Positions 55,250 to 58,522 of a stretch of 58,522 nucleotides of DNA are shown one piece after another (position 1 is the stretch's first letter; every line of letters begins with the position of its first letter). The notes beneath the pieces were generated by a model. The model saw nothing but the letters and a program-made list of their open reading frames with translations. It did not search any database and was not told the origin of the DNA. The DNA comes from Candidatus Levyibacteriota bacterium. Lineage in GTDB: Bacteria > Patescibacteriota > Microgenomatia > Levybacterales > UBA12049. The position numbers and the translations under genes are program-made. The stretch spans positions 1 through 58,522 of the forward strand of contig JAJDCG010000002.1 in the NCBI GenBank assembly GCA_029260965.1. Direction: 5' to 3'.

Positions 55250-55666
55250 ATGAACATCTATTTTGCAGGATCCATAAGGGGTGGACGAGGCGACCAGGCT
55301 CTTTATGCTGAGATTTTAAAAATTATTGCAAAATATGGAAATGTTCTTACAGAGCATGTGGGAGACAAGAAGATTTCAGTTATGGGTGAAGGAGATGTGA
55401 CGCGCAGGATCCACAAACGAGATATGGATTGGTTGAGGGATGCAGAGGTAGTGATTGCTGAGGTGACGACTCCGAGTCTGGGTGTGGGTTATGAAATTGC
55501 CAAGGCAGAGGAATGGGGGAAGAAAATTTTGTGTTTGTATAGAAAGATTGAAGACAGAAGTATCTCAGCTATGATTTCAGGAAGCGACAAGTTGACATTG
55601 ATAGAGTATAAAAATCTTGATGATGTTAAAATTATTATTGATAAGTTTCTAAAAATTAAATTATGA
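55250..55666 (+). CDS. Nucleoside 2-deoxyribosyltransferase-like / Rcl (DNPH1)-type deoxynucleotide N-hydrolase
   Basis: IYFAGSIRGGR, VLTEHV, RDMDWL and AEVTTPSLGVGYEI. Confidence 0.85.
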   Translation: MNIYFAGSIRGGRGDQALYAEILKIIAKYGNVLTEHVGDKKISVMGEGDVTRRIHKRDMDWLRDAEVVIAEVTTPSLGVGYEIAKAEEWGKKILCLYRKIEDRSISAMISGSDKLTLIEYKNLDDVKIIIDKFLKIKL

Positions 55667-56565
55667 AAAAGTTGGAGTATCAGGTTTTACTTTTCTATAA
55701 ATACGTGCGGCTCAAAAACACTGAAAAAGCGCGGGATGAGCAGCGTTTGGCTTGCGAGGTTTTGAATATCAAAGGAAGGATCATTGTCGCCCCAGAGGGA
55801 ATTAACGGGACGCTTGAGGGCTTGATTGAAGATACACAAAAGTATATCAAGTGGATGGAGTCGCAGAAGAAATTCAAAGGTATTTCATACAAAAAAAGCA
55901 ATGGAACAGGAAAAGCATTTTCCAAACTTATCGTCCGCGCAAGACCTGAGGTAGTAACAGCCAGAATAAAGATTGATCCCCTGACTGTAACAGGTAAATA
56001 CATAACTGCAGAAAAACTTCATAGCTGGTTTGAAAAAAAGAAAGAATTTTATATAGTTGACATGCGAAATGATTATGAGTATCAATCAGGCTATTTTGAA
56101 AACTTCATTCCATCGGGAATTCATAATTTTTATGATCTTCCTGACGTTCTTCCGCGTTTGGAGCACCTGAAAGACAAAACAATAGTGACGGTCTGTACAG
56201 GTGGCATCAGATGTGAGAAGGCGTCAGGGTTTTTGGTGGAGAATGGGTTTGGTGACGTTTATCAACTAAAAGATGGGATCCAGACGTACATGGAGCGCTA
56301 TCCCAATCAGCATTTTTTGGGAAAGCTATATGTATTTGATAATCGTTTGACGCTGGGATTTAACACTAATTCAAAAGATCATGAAATTGTCGGTCAGTGT
56401 TATCATTGTCAAAAGCCAAGCGACAACTACGTCAACTGCGAATATAACGTCTGTCATTATCATTACATAAGTTGTAAGAATTGCCTGGATCAGGAGACAG
56501 GGCTGGCTTTTTGTAAAAAGGAGTGTAAGGAAAAATATTTGGCTGGTCAATTCAAGGGCACTTAA
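55663..56565 (+). CDS. trhO: Rhodanese-domain tRNA U34 hydroxylase (YceA/UPF0176 family)
   Basis: LLFYKY, KGRIIVAPEGINGT, DMRNDYEY, CTGGIRCEKAS, GKLYVFD and a C-terminal Cys cluster. Confidence 0.9.
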   Translation: MKKLEYQVLLFYKYVRLKNTEKARDEQRLACEVLNIKGRIIVAPEGINGTLEGLIEDTQKYIKWMESQKKFKGISYKKSNGTGKAFSKLIVRARPEVVTARIKIDPLTVTGKYITAEKLHSWFEKKKEFYIVDMRNDYEYQSGYFENFIPSGIHNFYDLPDVLPRLEHLKDKTIVTVCTGGIRCEKASGFLVENGFGDVYQLKDGIQTYMERYPNQHFLGKLYVFDNRLTLGFNTNSKDHEIVGQCYHCQKPSDNYVNCEYNVCHYHYISCKNCLDQETGLAFCKKECKEKYLAGQFKGT

Positions 56566-56604
56566 TGCTTAAAATAAAACTATAACCTTGCATATTAAAA
56601 ATAT

Positions 56605-57729
56605 TTATAAAGAATTTAGGGCGTTTTGTGCTTTTTCCAGATTGCTGTTGTAGAAAACAGCTTTTTGGTATTCGGATCTTGCCAGATCTGTCTGCCCTTT
56701 TTGTTTGTAAATATTTCCTCTTATTACATACAGTTCTGAAAAGGCGCGGTTCTGATTGTTGAGAATCTTGTCAGTTATCTCAAAGACTTTGTCATAGTTT
56801 CCTAGTTCGTAGTATGCCTCAATCGGCTCAATCTGATACCAGAGCGTGCGGAATGAAAGTTGGTTTTCTACCAACTCATATTCTTGAACTGATTTTTGAT
56901 ATTCACCAGTATTAGAGTAGGCAACTGAAAGATTAAATCTTGTGGTTGTGTTATTCGGATTTGACTGCAATTCTTTTTTTGCATTTTCAACTGCATTTTG
57001 CCAAGCAATTTTTGCGTCTTTTTCAACGCCAAGTATCATATCAGCTATTTCTTTTTTATCGCTTGGAACAAGTACCAAGTATTCATAATTAAATTTTTCC
57101 CAGATTTGATTAAATTCAGCGTAGGTATAGCGCAGATTCTTGTTTTGTAGTGAATCATCCTGGATGAATTCACCAGTTGTCTCGTCGTAGCCCTTAATCA
57201 CGCGATAATGTCCGATGTCATCATCTGGCTTTAACCAAGTTCTTGTAATAACTGGCATGTCATATGTTATAAAAAGTTTTACCTTTTCGATATCTCCATT
57301 TGGTCTGTGATAGGGGATAAATCCATATTTTTCGGCTTCTTTTGCCAGCTCTTCAAGAGTTACTGATTTGTCGTCATTGTCACCGCCTGCTATCTGATAT
57401 GGTCTGAGCGCTTGACCCAGCTCTGTTTGAGATTTCTCGATTCCATAAAACCTAAGCGCCATTGAGAGGGATGCAGGTCCGCAGTTATTAAAACTCTGGA
57501 AGACATGATAATCAGTAGGAAGAATTTTTTGCATCGGTGGTGTCAGGAGGTTTACTGCTGGAGTTGGTGTGCTCTGCAAGATATCAGAAAACAAGCCTTT
57601 CGTTGTGATATTATTGTTGGAAAGAGTCAGATCTTTATCAGGCATGAAAAAGAAAGCGACAGTAGCTACAAAAACCAAAATTAAAACTGCAAAAACAGAA
57701 AGAAAAATAGGGTGGTTGAGTCTTTTCAT
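56605..57729 (-). CDS. Membrane-anchored C39-like cysteine peptidase with C-terminal TPR repeats
   Basis: QSFNNCGPASL, GHYRVIKGYD, QDS and TPR-like helices. Start taken at MKRLNHP. Confidence 0.85.
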   Translation of the reverse strand: MKRLNHPIFLSVFAVLILVFVATVAFFFMPDKDLTLSNNNITTKGLFSDILQSTPTPAVNLLTPPMQKILPTDYHVFQSFNNCGPASLSMALRFYGIEKSQTELGQALRPYQIAGGDNDDKSVTLEELAKEAEKYGFIPYHRPNGDIEKVKLFITYDMPVITRTWLKPDDDIGHYRVIKGYDETTGEFIQDDSLQNKNLRYTYAEFNQIWEKFNYEYLVLVPSDKKEIADMILGVEKDAKIAWQNAVENAKKELQSNPNNTTTRFNLSVAYSNTGEYQKSVQEYELVENQLSFRTLWYQIEPIEAYYELGNYDKVFEITDKILNNQNRAFSELYVIRGNIYKQKGQTDLARSEYQKAVFYNSNLEKAQNALNSL

Positions 57730-58333
57730 CAGCCTTAATTCTAGCACAAAAAAGAATTTTTTTCTGGTTTCACTCATGCTTTTGCTGCTTGGCGCTGCGG
57801 TGTTTTTGACAAATGCTTTTAAGCACACATCAGAGAGTGATTTATTACCAGATGAACAGTCATATTGGATGGTGCTTTACCGCAAGTCAGAGCGTGAATT
57901 TTTGTACTATGGTGTTCCTGGGAAGGAGGAAAAAAGTACACTCCTGAAAGAGTTCCAGGTCAAAACAGGAATTCCCCGTATGCGACCAACACCTCTTCCT
58001 GAGTTAGTAGGGCGTGATTATTTTCTTATTACAGATAAATTTGAAACACCTGATGATCTTGATACTGCGCCATATTTTCTCAAATTAGATATCCCGTATA
58101 GTGATGAATATCCGTATGGCCCCGAATCGTATCTGGAGTGCAACGGTCAATGTGATTGGATTTTGCCGGGGAGTTTTGGTCTTCACGGCGTGAATGGCGA
58201 TAATTTACGTTTGGATGCTTCTGATCCAGGTAGTTCAGGCTGTGTGCGCCACAGGGATGAGGATATAACACTTCTTTACAAAATTCTTGATACAGAGAAT
58301 GAAAATTATCGGTACTATATAAAAAATATTTAG
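57716..58333 (+). CDS. L,D-transpeptidase (YkuD) family protein (start uncertain: TTG 57716 or ATG 57776)
   Basis: Signal anchor, VKTG, FGLHG and GSSGCVRH (the H-X-SxGC catalytic pattern). Confidence 0.8.
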   Translation: MSLFISLNSSTKKNFFLVSLMLLLLGAAVFLTNAFKHTSESDLLPDEQSYWMVLYRKSEREFLYYGVPGKEEKSTLLKEFQVKTGIPRMRPTPLPELVGRDYFLITDKFETPDDLDTAPYFLKLDIPYSDEYPYGPESYLECNGQCDWILPGSFGLHGVNGDNLRLDASDPGSSGCVRHRDEDITLLYKILDTENENYRYYIKNI

Positions 58334-58477
58334 AATTATTGTGGCATGTGAAATTTTTTTACAATAGCAGCTCTTAATTCGAGCCCAGATTTACCTTGGT
58401 CTATGCATCTTAAATTGTAGTAGAAGCTTACTCATAAGTCTGGACGGATTACCCTCAAATTTGTTACTATCATTACA

Positions 58478-58522
58478 ATGCCCAAGATTTTACTTGACGG
58501 ATTGACAGTTAAGGAAGCCGCC
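58478..58522 (+). CDS. Truncated 5' end of a CDS (MPKILLDGLTVKEAA...), possibly an HTH protein
   Basis: ATG 7 nt after TACTAT, open to the window end. LTVKEAA resembles the first helix of HTH_17/MerR-like domains. Confidence 0.35.
   Translation, partial: MPKILLDGLTVKEAA

Noticed and set aside
2531-58271. The many 60-130-aa ORFs antisense to or nested in recognised genes
   Set aside because: They overlap well-supported CDSs, lack motifs and are expected by chance.
1989-58333. Alternative genetic code (UGA=Gly, as in Gracilibacteria/Absconditabacteria)
   Set aside because: Conserved genes are full length under code 11, and TGA ends several genes.

Overview
This window looks like chromosome from a Patescibacteria/CPR bacterium, most likely Microgenomates-like. 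That call is inferred from the 16S 530-loop signature and the gene content. Translation uses code 11. It opens with the 3' ~1020 nt of a 16S rRNA gene that is not followed by 23S. A terminator, tRNA-Cys(GCA) and tRNA-Ile(GAT) follow instead. The rest is mostly housekeeping and metabolism: two ion-transporter genes, cohesin/dockerin surface proteins, a thymidylate-cycle cluster (dcd, tmk, dut-like, thyA, folA, glyA), rpsB-tsf-frr, rseP, an oxidative pentose phosphate operon (pgl-zwf-gnd), glutamate dehydrogenase, proS, rpsU-ybeY-dnaX-ybaB-prs-prs-recR, cysS-uppS, PBP1A, msrB, GH18, a sugar-salvage cluster (pfkB, class I aldolase, FAD oxidoreductase, split transketolase, glycerate kinase), malQ, trhO and peptidoglycan-type enzymes. 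Several orphan genes are interspersed. I found no CRISPR array, transposase or integrase. The most interesting signals are: (1) a T-box leader on proS with an ultrashort Stem I that displays a CCC (Pro) codon; (2) a TrpR/YerC-like gene between thyA and folA, bracketed by two identical 32-bp palindromes, with a -35 box at the centre of the upstream copy; (3) a group-3-type sigma factor with three sigma4-like HTH domains; (4) several families of short repeats, some sitting in-frame inside essential genes; (5) many promoters that imply leaderless or near-leaderless mRNAs. All gene calls rest on motif recognition, not database searches.
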